A DNA stretch of 63,507 bases, filler included, from Trichomonas gallinae (GCA_008369845.1; 7 parts of 7 records of this genome joined end to end with filler, not necessarily neighbours in it); one strand, 5' to 3'; shown: positions 33,420-45,081, numbered from the whole stretch's first letter. Translations and numbers: made by a program. Notes: generated from the sequence alone by a model not told the origin.

Positions 33420-36400
33420 TTAATGGCAATGCCCACATCCACAAGAATGACTGTGACTATGATCATGGCAGTGATCACAGTGATGTTCATCAGGATGCTC
33501 TTCAGGAAGCTCAACATTTAATTGTTTTGCGAGAAGTTTTGCAATTGGACGGAATCCGTTGTTTATTGCGTTTTTCAGTGGTGTTTCTCCTGTTTTATCA
33601 GGGATTGTTGCGTTTATATCCGGCCTTGACAGCAATAAAGAAACGATTCCCTCGTGGTTGTTGATGACTGCAGTGAACAAAGGAGTAGATCCATCTTCTG
33701 TCACAGCGTTGACGTCAACGTAATCAATCGAAATCAAAGCTCTAACGACAGAAGAAAATCCTCTGCTGCACGCTGCATATAATGGTGTCTCTCCGAAGAC
33801 AGTGAACGTGTTGACATTGACACCTGCTTCAATCAAGAAAGAAACAATGTTTGCGTTTCCGCATGAAGCAGCAGCAAATAATGGAGTTCTCTTTCCTTTG
33901 TCAGCGAGTTCCATATCAATGCTGTCTTGCTCACTTAACAACTCAACAACAGAGAATTGATCGAACTTGCAAGCAACAAAGAAAGCAGTCTGTCCTGCAT
34001 TGTTTTGTGCATTTATGTCGATTTTGTTTGTTTTTAGAATGAATTCCATGAAATTCACTAAACCTCTCTCAGCGCATTTATGCAACAAAGTGTCTCCGCT
34101 GATTGTCTTATAAGAGAAACACTCGGTTGAATAAGAAGCCAACTTCTCAAACAAATCGAAATTGTCTGTTTCGATTGTCTTGATAAAATGCTGAGAATGT
34201 GGAACAAAATCTTTGACTTCACCAAAATATTCGATGAGTTCACTGTTACCAGATAAAACTGCTTCGCCATAAACATCTGCGTCAAAGACATAACCTTTCG
34301 ACTTCATGATATCCAAGTTCTGAATGCAGATGTACTTTGTGGCTTCAATAGCAGCTGTCTTCAATACATCATTGCTCAAAACGAAGTCCTCTCTTTGGTA
34401 GAAGAGATCTATCATGTTTGGAACTCTTGCAGCAATTTCGAAAGCAGTTTGATTTTTCTTATTTTTCGCATTCAAGTCAACTCTCTTCTCTTTTAATAGA
34501 ATCTCAACTATGTCAAAGTATCCTTCATTGACTGCAGTCATCAATGGAGTCATTCCATTACTATCTGCTTTGTTTACATCGATTTCTGGCAGTTTTTGTA
34601 AAATCAAATTCAAAATTTCCGCTTGATTGTTTGCAGCAGATAACGAAATTGGATTTCTTCCAACCCAGTCATCAATGTTCTTGTTTATTTCTTTATCTTC
34701 TATCAAATACTTGACGACATCAACTCTTCCGAAGCAGACAGCAATTGTGAATGGATTGTAAGAAGAAAGAGAAATGATATTTTTGTCGGATTTTCTATTG
34801 TCTAACTTTTTGACAATCTCAATATATCCACCTTCACATGCGTGATAGAAAGCATTCTTGTTTTCAACATCAATATCATTGACATTCTCTATTTTCTCGA
34901 GAATGTATTCAACTAATTGAAGATTTCCGCTTTGTGAGGCAGCAATTAATGGCGTTGTATCAGTATTATCAGCAATTTTGATTAAATTCGGACTTCTTTC
35001 GTAAATTAATTTAGCGATTTCGAAGTTGCCGTTCCTGCATGCAGCGAGGAAGCAGCTTTCCTTTGAATTAGTCAAATCGCCCACATTAATATCTTCGAAA
35101 GATAACAGAATTTCTGCTACGTCACTTTTATTGAGTGAAACAGCCAAAAATAGCGGATTTTCTCCTGACGCGTCTTTCATGTTTATGTCTGTGTTCTCGA
35201 GCATCGCCAGTTCTTCCACAATGTCTTTATAGCCTCCTTTGATCGCAATACTAAGTGGCGTGTTTCCACGGTTGTCTCCTTCGTTTAAATCGACGTTTTT
35301 CGCTTTCGAAATCAAAGAAACAATTTCCGGGAAATTTTTTTCCGCTGCAATGAAAAGTGGAGATTTTCCTGCAGCTGCCATGTGATAGTTCATGTCGTCT
35401 CTTGCAACTAAAGCTTTAACTATTTCTATTTCGTTGTTTTCTGCCGCGATTATTATTGGCGTTGTTCCTCTTAAGATTTCATTTGGAGAAGTTGATGGGA
35501 TTTTCAGGAGAAACTCAACGACATCGATGTTAGATCTAAGCACTGAACCATGTATTGCGTTCATTTGTCCATCAATCAAAAATGATCTCGCAGAATTATT
35601 ATAAAGTTCATCAATCATCCTGTAATCGTTCTCAATGCACGCGTACATGAAAGCTTTGTCTAATACTGAGTACATTGGATCAATTGGATTCATGAAGTTC
35701 TGTATGATATACTTGAGAGATGAAAACTTTCTCGAAATTACAGCTTTGTATAAACTATTTTCCAAATTAACGCAGTGTTTCAGAATGTCACTACTACCAG
35801 AACAAATGGCATATTCATTAATATTATCAAAAGGAACTCCAATGCTCATTAAATAATTAAAACACTTGACAGAGCCGTAAAGAGCTGAGATTTGTGTCAA
35901 AGATGGAGTAAGTTGATCGCAATGGAGTAATTCGAAGCATTTTCTTGTGCTTTTGTAGTCTTTTTGAATGAGATTTTCTTCTAAGTTTTCGATTAATCTG
36001 TCTATGTCGTCTGTCTGTATGATGAACTCGATAGATTCTGGTGGGAATGTGAAATTGACTGTAGAAACATCCGAAATATCTTCATTAAACTGATGATATT
36101 TATATAATCCTGCAGCAATGAGTTGTTTCATGAAGAAATGTATATTTTGTAAGTTACCAAAGTATTTAGTCTGCTTGATTGTCGTTTTTAATAATTCTAA
36201 AAGTTCTTCATTGAATATTTCAACGTATTCCTTATCTAAATTCGTTAAAATATAGTTTAAAACAGCAACTATTGTGTCACAATTCTGTGGTTGAGCGATT
36301 GAAGCGTAAGTAAACTCTTTTGACAAGAATTTTAATTTAAACTTGTGATCAGTGTCCAAATCAGCCATAATCTTCTCAGAAACAGAAATAGAATTCTGCT

Positions 36401-36470
36401 GTGTCAAAGATTCGACCAATTCTTGGACTTTTGATGCCCAATCAAAATTATTCAAAATCAATTTTGACAT
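33420..36470 (-). CDS. Ankyrin-repeat protein with a His/Cys-rich C-terminal tail
   Basis: Many TPL..A..G repeats and a DUF3447-like SALYGSVKCFNYL. The likely start is the second ATG (36470), after a TCATTT Inr; the track start is 36494. Confidence 0.9.
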   Translation of the reverse strand: MSKLILNNFDWASKVQELVESLTQQNSISVSEKIMADLDTDHKFKLKFLSKEFTYASIAQPQNCDTIVAVLNYILTNLDKEYVEIFNEELLELLKTTIKQTKYFGNLQNIHFFMKQLIAAGLYKYHQFNEDISDVSTVNFTFPPESIEFIIQTDDIDRLIENLEENLIQKDYKSTRKCFELLHCDQLTPSLTQISALYGSVKCFNYLMSIGVPFDNINEYAICSGSSDILKHCVNLENSLYKAVISRKFSSLKYIIQNFMNPIDPMYSVLDKAFMYACIENDYRMIDELYNNSARSFLIDGQMNAIHGSVLRSNIDVVEFLLKIPSTSPNEILRGTTPIIIAAENNEIEIVKALVARDDMNYHMAAAGKSPLFIAAEKNFPEIVSLISKAKNVDLNEGDNRGNTPLSIAIKGGYKDIVEELAMLENTDINMKDASGENPLFLAVSLNKSDVAEILLSFEDINVGDLTNSKESCFLAACRNGNFEIAKLIYERSPNLIKIADNTDTTPLIAASQSGNLQLVEYILEKIENVNDIDVENKNAFYHACEGGYIEIVKKLDNRKSDKNIISLSSYNPFTIAVCFGRVDVVKYLIEDKEINKNIDDWVGRNPISLSAANNQAEILNLILQKLPEIDVNKADSNGMTPLMTAVNEGYFDIVEILLKEKRVDLNAKNKKNQTAFEIAARVPNMIDLFYQREDFVLSNDVLKTAAIEATKYICIQNLDIMKSKGYVFDADVYGEAVLSGNSELIEYFGEVKDFVPHSQHFIKTIETDNFDLFEKLASYSTECFSYKTISGDTLLHKCAERGLVNFMEFILKTNKIDINAQNNAGQTAFFVACKFDQFSVVELLSEQDSIDMELADKGKRTPLFAAASCGNANIVSFLIEAGVNVNTFTVFGETPLYAACSRGFSSVVRALISIDYVDVNAVTEDGSTPLFTAVINNHEGIVSLLLSRPDINATIPDKTGETPLKNAINNGFRPIAKLLAKQLNVELPEEHPDEHHCDHCHDHSHSHSCGCGHCH

Positions 36471-36535
36471 CTTATAAAAAAATGAAATTGACATAAATAT
36501 GTTTTTTTATTCAATATTACATGGCCGCAACTATT

Positions 36536-39340
36536 TTAATGTAATCTGCGTCTTTCTTTAATTAATTTCTCGCACGAACCAGTTCCGTGTACTATACATA
36601 AGTCGAGTGCTGTTCTTCCCTCCTTGTTCTTGATTTCGGTGTCAGCGTTGAAGTCCAATAGTAGTTTGACGACGTCCTGGCTTCCGTTGATGACAGCGAG
36701 CATCAAAGGAGTAGAACCCATCGAGTCGATGTTGTTTACGTTCGCCTTCTTGAACAGCAAGAAAGAGACGATGTCCTTGCAGTCATTAGCGACGGCGAAG
36801 CTCAATGGTGTTGATCCCATTGCGTTCTTCGCTTCAATTGCCGCGCCGCAGTCAACCAAATACTTAGCGATTTCGACTGCATTGCATGAGCAGGCGTGCA
36901 TCAATGGTGTGTTGAGTTTCGCGTCTCTTCCATCCACTGGTGTTCTGTTCTTGACGAATGCTTTAATTGTCTCGAAGTCGTTGTTAGCTGCAGCGATGCA
37001 CATCGGTGTCATGCCTCTGACATTGAAAACTTCTGTGTGAGCGCCGGATGCGACCAAAAGATCGACAAGCTTCGCGTTCATTTGTGCTGAAGCAACAATC
37101 AATGGTGTCTGTTCGTCGATGACGATGTCTATCTGATCCTCGAGGTTCGGGCAGTGGTCGATGAACCATTTAGCCATTCTCGTGTCGCCGTAGAAGGCTG
37201 AGTAATACAAAATTGTTGACCCAGCAATGTCCTTGCAAAAAAGATTGCAGCCTGCTTGAGCGAGGCAAAAAGCGGCGTCGTAGTTTTTGGCGGCAATAGA
37301 AAGAAGAACAGGAGTCCTGCCGTATTTGTCGATGCACTCGATGTTGCACTTGTGCTCAATTAAAACTTTCATGACGTCGACGTTGTTGGAGAGGCAGGCG
37401 TGCATTAAAGCAGTCTTTCCTTCGTAGTCGAGGACTTCCATGTTGACGCCGCAATCTATGATGGCTCTGGCTGGGCCAGCAAGGTTGTTCTTAGCGCAGT
37501 ACATGAGAGGCGTGAGGCCGTCCTTGTCGTATACATTCGGATTTGCACCGCGTTGGATTAAGACTTTGATGACATCGCAGTTGCCGTCCTTGATGGCTAT
37601 CATTAATGGTGTGTTGTTAAGTACGTCTGTGTCATCAACTTTGGCGCCATTTCTGATCAATTGATCAACAATCTGCTGATCGTTGTGGTGGCAGGCGCGA
37701 AGGATAGGAGACTGATTCTTTTCGTTGTGTAAGTCGGCTGTTGCCTTTCTTTCGAGTAATAATTTGACGATATTATAATTTTTGTTGTCAACGGCGTAGA
37801 AAAGTGCTGTTTCACGTAATTTATTGAGTGTATTTGGTGTTGCCCTGTTGTCGAGAAGGAATCTAACGAGTTCTTCGTTGTTTGACATCGCAGCATAAAT
37901 TAATGCGCAGTTGCCCTCCTTATCGACAGCGTTCGGGTTAGCGTTGCCTTGTATGAGCAATTGGAGGAACTTTGACGCTCCATTCTTCGCGGCAATGACC
38001 AGAGCGGTTCCGTCTTTTGTATTCGCCTCCAGGTTCGTATGATTGTTGATTAAGTAGTTTCCGCACTCTATCTGATCGTTCATAGCTGCGAAGCAGAGTG
38101 GAGTGTAGCCGTCTTTGCCGATTTGATCGATATTTCCTTCGCATTCGCGTAAGAGAATCAAAAGGCCAGAAAAGCCGCCTGCAGCTGCTGCCATCATCGG
38201 AGTGCAGCCATTGAAGTCGGTAACGTTGATGTTTGGATTGGAATATACGCGATCGAAGAAACATTTGAAGTTGTAGCCAGCGAGGCACGGAATCCAGTTG
38301 AATTCCTTCTTGTGTTCTTTCTGGAGCCATGTAACCAACGGAATCTGGTGGTTCATGACCGCAAAATCGATAGATGCCGGCGGAACAGTCGATTGCTCCA
38401 TAAGCATCTCGAGGATCTCACGGCTTCCTCCGAAGCAAGCATCGTTGAACATATCTTCGTCGTAGCATGGTTTCTGCTTGAAAAGATATTTGAAACACCT
38501 GACAGCGCCGTGTCTTGCTGCCTGATTGACTAACTTGTAGCCTTCGATTTGTGCATCGATGTTAAAGTCGCCTTTGTCAGCTATTTGCTGCAAACCTTGA
38601 AGGTTATCATTAAGCAAGACGTTGAGGATGGATCCCTGCGGATAACCTTCGAGAATCTCTTTTTCAGTCATGTTTTCGAACTCTTCTGGTAATGAACCGT
38701 GAACGACGCCGCGTTTGATGAGCATTGCGAGTAAATGTTTTGAGCCCTTAAGATTTTCTTCTCCATCGCGGATTTTCTGAGTACGGATGTAATCTGTTGC
38801 GAGCTGTACGTAAAGTTCTAAGTTTTTAAGGCGATTCTTTGAGATATGATCGATCATTCTGAGAATTTGGCGGTTAGTGAGTAAATTCTTATGAAAAGCG
38901 ACCTTGAGCATATCGATGATTGTTTCTATGTTCTCTTTCTTGATGTCCCAAATCAACTCAGATGGCGTGATCCAATACGTGTAGAATTTAGCCATTCTCG
39001 TAATATACTTTGGGTTACCCATGGTATTCTTTAGGGAGATCAAGTTGCCAATCATTCCGATCCATTCGTCGCGATCAATTTCGGTTTCAGGACAGATGCG
39101 ATAAGTCCTCTTATTTTCAGCGCAGTAGACGTTAAAACATGGCTGTATTTTATATGATAGATCGACCTCAACATAAGAATCTTTGCTGAAAGGGATTGAT
39201 CCTTTTTCTTCTTTTTTATCTTCGTCTGTATAATACTTTATGTCATCTTCGAATAAGCAGAACCAGCGGCGCTTGATTGTCTTGATTAAGCCGCCCTGCT
39301 TCTTGCCCCAGGAAGCTTTAATTTCGAAGGATTTATGCAT
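36536..39340 (-). CDS. PH domain plus DUF3447-like domain plus ankyrin repeats
   Basis: KKQGGLIKTIKRRWFCL..KGSI..RDEWI (PH domain), AARHGAVRCFKYL, and numerous ankyrin repeats. Confidence 0.92.
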   Translation of the reverse strand: MHKSFEIKASWGKKQGGLIKTIKRRWFCLFEDDIKYYTDEDKKEEKGSIPFSKDSYVEVDLSYKIQPCFNVYCAENKRTYRICPETEIDRDEWIGMIGNLISLKNTMGNPKYITRMAKFYTYWITPSELIWDIKKENIETIIDMLKVAFHKNLLTNRQILRMIDHISKNRLKNLELYVQLATDYIRTQKIRDGEENLKGSKHLLAMLIKRGVVHGSLPEEFENMTEKEILEGYPQGSILNVLLNDNLQGLQQIADKGDFNIDAQIEGYKLVNQAARHGAVRCFKYLFKQKPCYDEDMFNDACFGGSREILEMLMEQSTVPPASIDFAVMNHQIPLVTWLQKEHKKEFNWIPCLAGYNFKCFFDRVYSNPNINVTDFNGCTPMMAAAAGGFSGLLILLRECEGNIDQIGKDGYTPLCFAAMNDQIECGNYLINNHTNLEANTKDGTALVIAAKNGASKFLQLLIQGNANPNAVDKEGNCALIYAAMSNNEELVRFLLDNRATPNTLNKLRETALFYAVDNKNYNIVKLLLERKATADLHNEKNQSPILRACHHNDQQIVDQLIRNGAKVDDTDVLNNTPLMIAIKDGNCDVIKVLIQRGANPNVYDKDGLTPLMYCAKNNLAGPARAIIDCGVNMEVLDYEGKTALMHACLSNNVDVMKVLIEHKCNIECIDKYGRTPVLLSIAAKNYDAAFCLAQAGCNLFCKDIAGSTILYYSAFYGDTRMAKWFIDHCPNLEDQIDIVIDEQTPLIVASAQMNAKLVDLLVASGAHTEVFNVRGMTPMCIAAANNDFETIKAFVKNRTPVDGRDAKLNTPLMHACSCNAVEIAKYLVDCGAAIEAKNAMGSTPLSFAVANDCKDIVSFLLFKKANVNNIDSMGSTPLMLAVINGSQDVVKLLLDFNADTEIKNKEGRTALDLCIVHGTGSCEKLIKERRRLH

Positions 39341-40401
39341 TTATGATTTTATAAAAAATCACTTTTTATGAAATTTGCGATTTTTTTGCGAACTTATCAA
39401 TAAAATTATGTATCTTATATGAATTTTATATTAAAATTGCAAATCTTTTTATGAGATAATTAACTCATCTATTATAACCTAAGCACAACATATAACGCAA
39501 AAAAAGTCGGTGTGAAAAAAAAAATTAAAGCGGTTATGACATCAATAACTTGTCTGCGATTTTTCTAGAAATGTATTATTTCTGAACAAATAGCTTCCAA
39601 ATACCAAAACAAACGCGGGAGTTTGATAGATAGCAAAAATATCATGTTTTTCCGTGATGTGAAATTGAAGAAATTGAATTCTAAATAATCGCTGGTTAAT
39701 TTTGAATTTCATCGACACGTTTTCAGGGTTATATTGAATTTTGAAACTCGATAATAAGGCTAGAAATCGAATAAAGCGCTTATGTAGAATGATGGTTGAT
39801 TCGTAAATTTTTGGAAAATTGATCAAATTTTGCATAATTTTTATTAATATAGGTATACAAATTACTAAGCATGTCGATTTTACACTTTTGGACAAAATAA
39901 ATTTCACAGTTTACATTTTTTGAAAAATTTAAATGACCAATTTAGTTTTTTTATTAGTTTTTATATCCAAACAAAAAAATAATGCATTTTTTTATATTTT
40001 GATATCAACATGTAGTATTCTATAAGGGCGTATCGATTGCATCAAAAAGGTTATCGAGATAACAATTTTTTAGAGAAAAATTGAAAACTTTTCATAAAAT
40101 TGAGAAAAAAATAAACCAAATATAGTAATTTGTTATATCTGATTCTATATTTCAAAATTTCTTGAAACGGTTTGTCAGATACATATTCCGCAATAAAAAA
40201 CATGAAAATTGGATTATTTGTAGCATATAGATTTAAACAAATGAAAAACAATATCAAAATGTAACTTCAAAATTTAAAAATGTTGTATTTGGTATTATTT
40301 TTGTATTTAATTGCTATATATTAAGTCAAAACGAGAACCTTAATTTAAAAAAATTTCGCGGGTTTTTTTCTATGAATCCTCTCAAAAAGTGATTTATACT
40401 T

Positions 40402-41118
40402 ATGATGTATCCCGTTGACCCAGGGAATGATGCGGCGCAAAAATATATGAATCAGGTTTTTTCATTGATGCCAACACACGTAACTAAATTGGCTGGCATG
40501 AAATTTTCTGATTTAATAGATCCTAATCCTAAATCTAAAAGATCGAAGAAAGAGAGATCCAGTAGAGAGAAAATACTCCCTCCAGAACTTGATGACGTCA
40601 GAATTGGTTCCAATGAATACTACAAACAGCAGATTGCAAATCCAAATCTCGTTTTTTCACCTAGAGCCTTAGGTTTTCTCCCAACAAGTTACTGGATCGC
40701 TAATGAAAACAAATTTGGCTCTTTAGTCTGCGACTTTTTCCAAAAGAAAAATAACTCAAATTGCCGCTTCCCACACAAGCTATACAATGGTCTGCTCTTA
40801 GTTGAGCATAATCCAGAAATGTACCCTCTTGTTGGCTTAAAGTGGATCACAGATACAGTTTTCAAAGTCGACAAGTATATCTTTGGTCGACTTTTGGGAA
40901 TCACATCAATCAATGGAGGCCTTGTCCATAGTCAAGGTAATTTTCCTTCACATGGATTCAAGGAACTTACAAATGCGGAAATAATAGAACTCAGGAAACA
41001 GTCGAAGCAAATCGATGATGTTGATATGGATAGAGTCCTGCTTATGAAGCAAATTAACGGAATGTTCTCGAAAGATTGCAATGAAGCCACTCTAGCGCAA
41101 TGTAAGTGGAGTGACTAA
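40402..41118 (+). CDS. Initiator-binding-domain (IBD, IBP39-like) protein
   Basis: RFPHKLYNGL..LVGLKW..FKVDK..GRLLGI..NFPSHGF fits the trichomonad IBD family. Confidence 0.8.
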   Translation: MMYPVDPGNDAAQKYMNQVFSLMPTHVTKLAGMKFSDLIDPNPKSKRSKKERSSREKILPPELDDVRIGSNEYYKQQIANPNLVFSPRALGFLPTSYWIANENKFGSLVCDFFQKKNNSNCRFPHKLYNGLLLVEHNPEMYPLVGLKWITDTVFKVDKYIFGRLLGITSINGGLVHSQGNFPSHGFKELTNAEIIELRKQSKQIDDVDMDRVLLMKQINGMFSKDCNEATLAQCKWSD

Positions 41119-41552
41119 TATAATACTATCTATCATGCTTGTTATGTTAAAAACCTATTCGTTTAAAACTTTTCCGAAGCATTTTTTGCCAAATTTTAAA
41201 AATATTTTTGAAAATCTCTTGTTTTCCACATCATTTATGGCAATTTTATAATCACCTCAAACATTGCATCAAGTTAAAAGAAATAGAATTTTTTGATCTT
41301 GAAACAAAATCAACAATTATATATCCAAAATATTTATTTTTTATTATGTATTTTATTGATTTATTTAAATTATGTCAAAATTTTATAATTTCGTTAAATT
41401 TTAGGAAAACAGTAATAAAATTCAGAAAATTCCAAACACATCAAAAAACCATTTCTTTGATTTTCGCGAAGAATCATGATACATAGCCTCTCTAAAAACA
41501 TAATTATTGGAAATTAAGCAAATTCATATTTTGAAAAAGGTGACAATGATCC

Positions 41553-42422
41553 ATGGATGAAAAACCCAGTGAAATCAACCCACCTGTTGTGGAAAATTCT
41601 GTACAACCTACAGAAGCAAATCTACAACCAGAACAAGATAATACAGCCGTATATATAACCCCTATAAATGCATACCAGACCTCAACAAGATCTAAAACAG
41701 ATGCGCAAGAAACAAACATATTACCAATTACGAATATCAACAGTATATCATTCACAGATCAGTTTTGTGCTGCATTTCTTCGACTTCCTCAAGTTTTAAC
41801 TAAACAAGGATTAGAAAGATCAGAAAATCTTTCTTACAGAGAAATACACTTGATTCTAGCATCGTTCGGAATCAAATGGGTAAAAACAAGATCAAAACCA
41901 GATATGTTAAATGCAATTGCAATGAGAGCTGGAAACATTTGGTCAGAAATATACACAAGATGTCAGCAAACACTCAAACATAACGAACAAGTCAAAAAAG
42001 AACAGAAGCAAAAAGCCAAACAAAATCTACAATTTCAATCTATTCCAAAAGTCAACAGAACTCCATTTGATCCACGTCTTGCTGAAATTCTCGCAGATTT
42101 ATACATGTCACCAACAGGAAATTGGAACGATTTCCTTGTTACTTCAACTCCTGAAGAATCTCACGAATTAATGGAAGCAATTAAATCAATACGCCCAGAA
42201 GGAGCAGAGCCATCCAACTCTACATTCCCAATAGACAGCTTCCTGCTGCAGTACATAGCCGGACAGTCGAGAATCACAGATTCATCGCTTTCCAAATTTT
42301 TAACAAGCGCAGAAGATTTGAACAACATGATAAACAGTCTCAAAAAGAACGAAACTTGTCTGCCCGTCCAAATACAGCCCGACCAGACGCAAATGGTCAC
42401 TAGATCTCGTGTGAAAAATTAA
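41553..42422 (+). CDS. Hypothetical protein with a SAP/HeH-like motif
   Basis: 289-aa ATG ORF; NLSYREIHLILASFGIK..KPDMLNAI resembles a helix-extension-helix motif. Confidence 0.7.
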   Translation: MDEKPSEINPPVVENSVQPTEANLQPEQDNTAVYITPINAYQTSTRSKTDAQETNILPITNINSISFTDQFCAAFLRLPQVLTKQGLERSENLSYREIHLILASFGIKWVKTRSKPDMLNAIAMRAGNIWSEIYTRCQQTLKHNEQVKKEQKQKAKQNLQFQSIPKVNRTPFDPRLAEILADLYMSPTGNWNDFLVTSTPEESHELMEAIKSIRPEGAEPSNSTFPIDSFLLQYIAGQSRITDSSLSKFLTSAEDLNNMINSLKKNETCLPVQIQPDQTQMVTRSRVKN

Positions 42423-42494
42423 TATGTTTGATTATAAAAAAAATAGAATATATCAAGTATGTTTTTAATATATAATGAATACAACATTGTATGG

Positions 42495-43034
42495 TTACTC
42501 GTCATCATCATCCTTAATTTTGTTTCTAATCATGTGGTTCTCAGATTTGAATCTATCATTTGTAAGCTGAAACTCTGGAAAACTATTCGTGATGATTTGT
42601 CTGATTTCTGTATCCCTATTCTGAGCAACGAGAGGATCAAACCAAAAAGAAAATGCCATATTATTCTTCTTTTTGGTGATAATGTATACTCCTCTGAATC
42701 CTTCTGAATTAAAGAGATGGTCGAACTGACCACCAACTGCGAACGCAAGAATCTTTAAGTAAATGTCTTGGTCTTTCTTATCGAAAAATATTGAAATTTC
42801 GTATGTTGATATGTCATCGTAGTGAGGTCTATATGGATCCTTGAAAAATGCGATATTATATCCGATGATTTTCTCGAGGTGTGGAACCTTTCTAACTATT
42901 TCCCATAAATCTTCGACAGTTTCTATTGGAATTTCACATTTTTTCTCATCATATGCACTACCAAGAAGCAATGAGTAGAAATACCATGTCGTTGCAAGCT
43001 TGTGAGTCTTTGGCTGACTAGGTTGCTGACTCAT
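42495..43034 (-). CDS. Divergent eIF4E-family protein
   Basis: HKLATTWYFY, IETVEDLWEI and FFKDPYRPHYDD parallel eIF4E HPL..W.FW, TVEDFW and FK.GI.P.WED. The ATG is at 43034 (the track start is TTG). Confidence 0.75.
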   Translation of the reverse strand: MSQQPSQPKTHKLATTWYFYSLLLGSAYDEKKCEIPIETVEDLWEIVRKVPHLEKIIGYNIAFFKDPYRPHYDDISTYEISIFFDKKDQDIYLKILAFAVGGQFDHLFNSEGFRGVYIITKKKNNMAFSFWFDPLVAQNRDTEIRQIITNSFPEFQLTNDRFKSENHMIRNKIKDDDDE

Positions 43035-44466
43035 TATTATTTTTGGGAATTTAGGGGGAGCTTCCAATTTTCTTTTTTAATCTAGTCAACAAATAATATT
43101 AAGCTATATATTTACCATCAATTTATCAAATATTTGACCAAAAACAAAATAAATCATCCAATCTTATTAAAGCAAACGAGCCAATGAATATGCCAATCAA
43201 CATTCAACAACCAATATATTTATTCTATCAAATCAAAAAGATATGATGTAAATCTATATTTTAACAATTTGATAAAAAAATTTTGACTTCAATATCTAGC
43301 TTGGAATTACATTGTATCTAGGCAGAATATTCATGAATTTAATTCTTTTTATTATATTTTGAAGATATTATAATTTAGATAAATAAATATAAATGAATAC
43401 TCCTATAACAGATGATATATTTCGATCATATTTAGCTAATCACATCATATAGATGTTAAAAATTGATGAGAAATACATTATATAGTTTGGTCATGAATCC
43501 AATGGAGTTATAATGTTGTAGAAAATCAGATCTGATTTGTAATTATTGTCTCAAATCATTGAAAAGATTAATTCTTTTTGGTAATACTTAATACTTCAAA
43601 ATCAATTCAATAGAACAGATATTCCTTGAAGAATAATCTGTATGTTCTGTATTAAACCTTCCAAACATTGAATTGGCTCAAGCAGTTGGTCCTAATGTTG
43701 ATATCTTTCTTCGTCACAAAGAGTTTTTGAAAAAAGCAAAAATCAATTGTAAAAAAATTTCACTCATTTTTATTCCATTAAAGTCATGTATTAGGAACGT
43801 AGATATATAAAACAATTTAATAACGCGATAATATTTTATGAAAAAACCATCATCCATTTTTCCTTCAAATTCTTATTCTATATATATTACATATCATATT
43901 TATATTAAAAATTTTAAGATTTAAATGATTAATTTTCAAAATTAGGAAAATTCACTTATGAGATTTTGTTGATTAGCAGCATTTAAATAGTATAAAAAGA
44001 ATAATTGAAAATTTGGAGAAAATTTTTGATACAATGTCACGAATAAAAATTATTAATGAACGGTCGCTCGTCTCCCCAATAAATAAGCTCCTGATACTCT
44101 CCTTGGACCCATATCTGCCATCAAGAACCCGTTTCAATGTAAAAAAAGAAAATTTTCCTCACGAACAAAGCCATAAACCAGAAATATCTCTTCCATTCTG
44201 CATTGTGATAAGATTGAAGCCAATCAGACTGACCAAAAACAAAAGAAAAACAAAATTTTCCAGGCCAATCAAAATATTATTTTTTTGCAATCTCCTATTT
44301 TAGTGAAAGCTATATTTTAAGAAAAAAGTCAATTGTGTAAAGATGGTTTTTCTTCCTCTTAATTTTTTTTTATCCAAGATTTTGAAAGAGGTGTACCAAT
44401 GACGATAGAAATGACGTTAAAATTATAACGGTCCTAGAACTGAAGTCTTTTTGGAGCACAGAAATG

Positions 44467-44566
44467 NNNNNNNNNNNNNNNNNNNNNNNNNNNNNNNNNN
44501 NNNNNNNNNNTTAATTAATTAANNNNNNNNNNNNNNNNNNNNNNNNNNNNNNNNNNNNNNNNNNNN
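44467..44566. other. Artificial contig linker
   Basis: N-TTAATTAATTAA-N, 100 bp. Confidence 0.97.
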
Positions 44567-44642
44567 TAGCTAATACTCGACTATGAGGCGTTAGGAAGCA
44601 AACAAGTATAAAAATGTAAACTATTCAAACCTACCCCCTTAA
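44567..44642. mobile_element. Terminus of the repeated element ending CCCCC|TTAA (copy 2)
   Basis: Near-identical to 1-75, located at a contig start, with TTAA at 44639-44642. Confidence 0.6.
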
Positions 44643-45081
44643 ATAATTATTTTGGCACTTTTATAATTGAACAAACGATTATTTTCAATTCAAAATTATC
44701 GTTGTTTTTTATATTATATTCTGTAATCGATACTGTTACATTTTCTAATATTTTTGAATATATATTCAAAAATTATCGTATTTTTTATAAATAATATGAA
44801 CGTTTGTTTTCAGATATTTTTGTATTTCTTTTCAAAAGTTGTTGGTTCAATTCAAAAATTATTCTTTACATCCGTTCTCATTATAGCAACATAGATAAAA
44901 TTAAGTATAAATGAGATTTTGCATTCAAATTTTTCTGAACAATGTTTCAGAGCTGTGTCAGATTGATTTAGAGCCATTTTTGTTGGATTATTATCATTAA
45001 TACATTATCAGTACTCATCCAATTTATTCATTCAATTTTGTAATCAGTCAATTTTTTACACTTTTTTTAGTTTTATTTAAA

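Noticed and set aside
38529..38540. ACTAACTTGTAG, a branch/3'SS-like word
   Set aside because: It is antisense within an uninterrupted CDS and has no partner 5' site.
44399..44443. Possible C/D snoRNA (ATGACGA...CTGA) containing ATAACGGTCCTA
   Set aside because: Only 45 nt between the boxes, an imperfect C box, no terminal stem, and no verifiable rRNA target.
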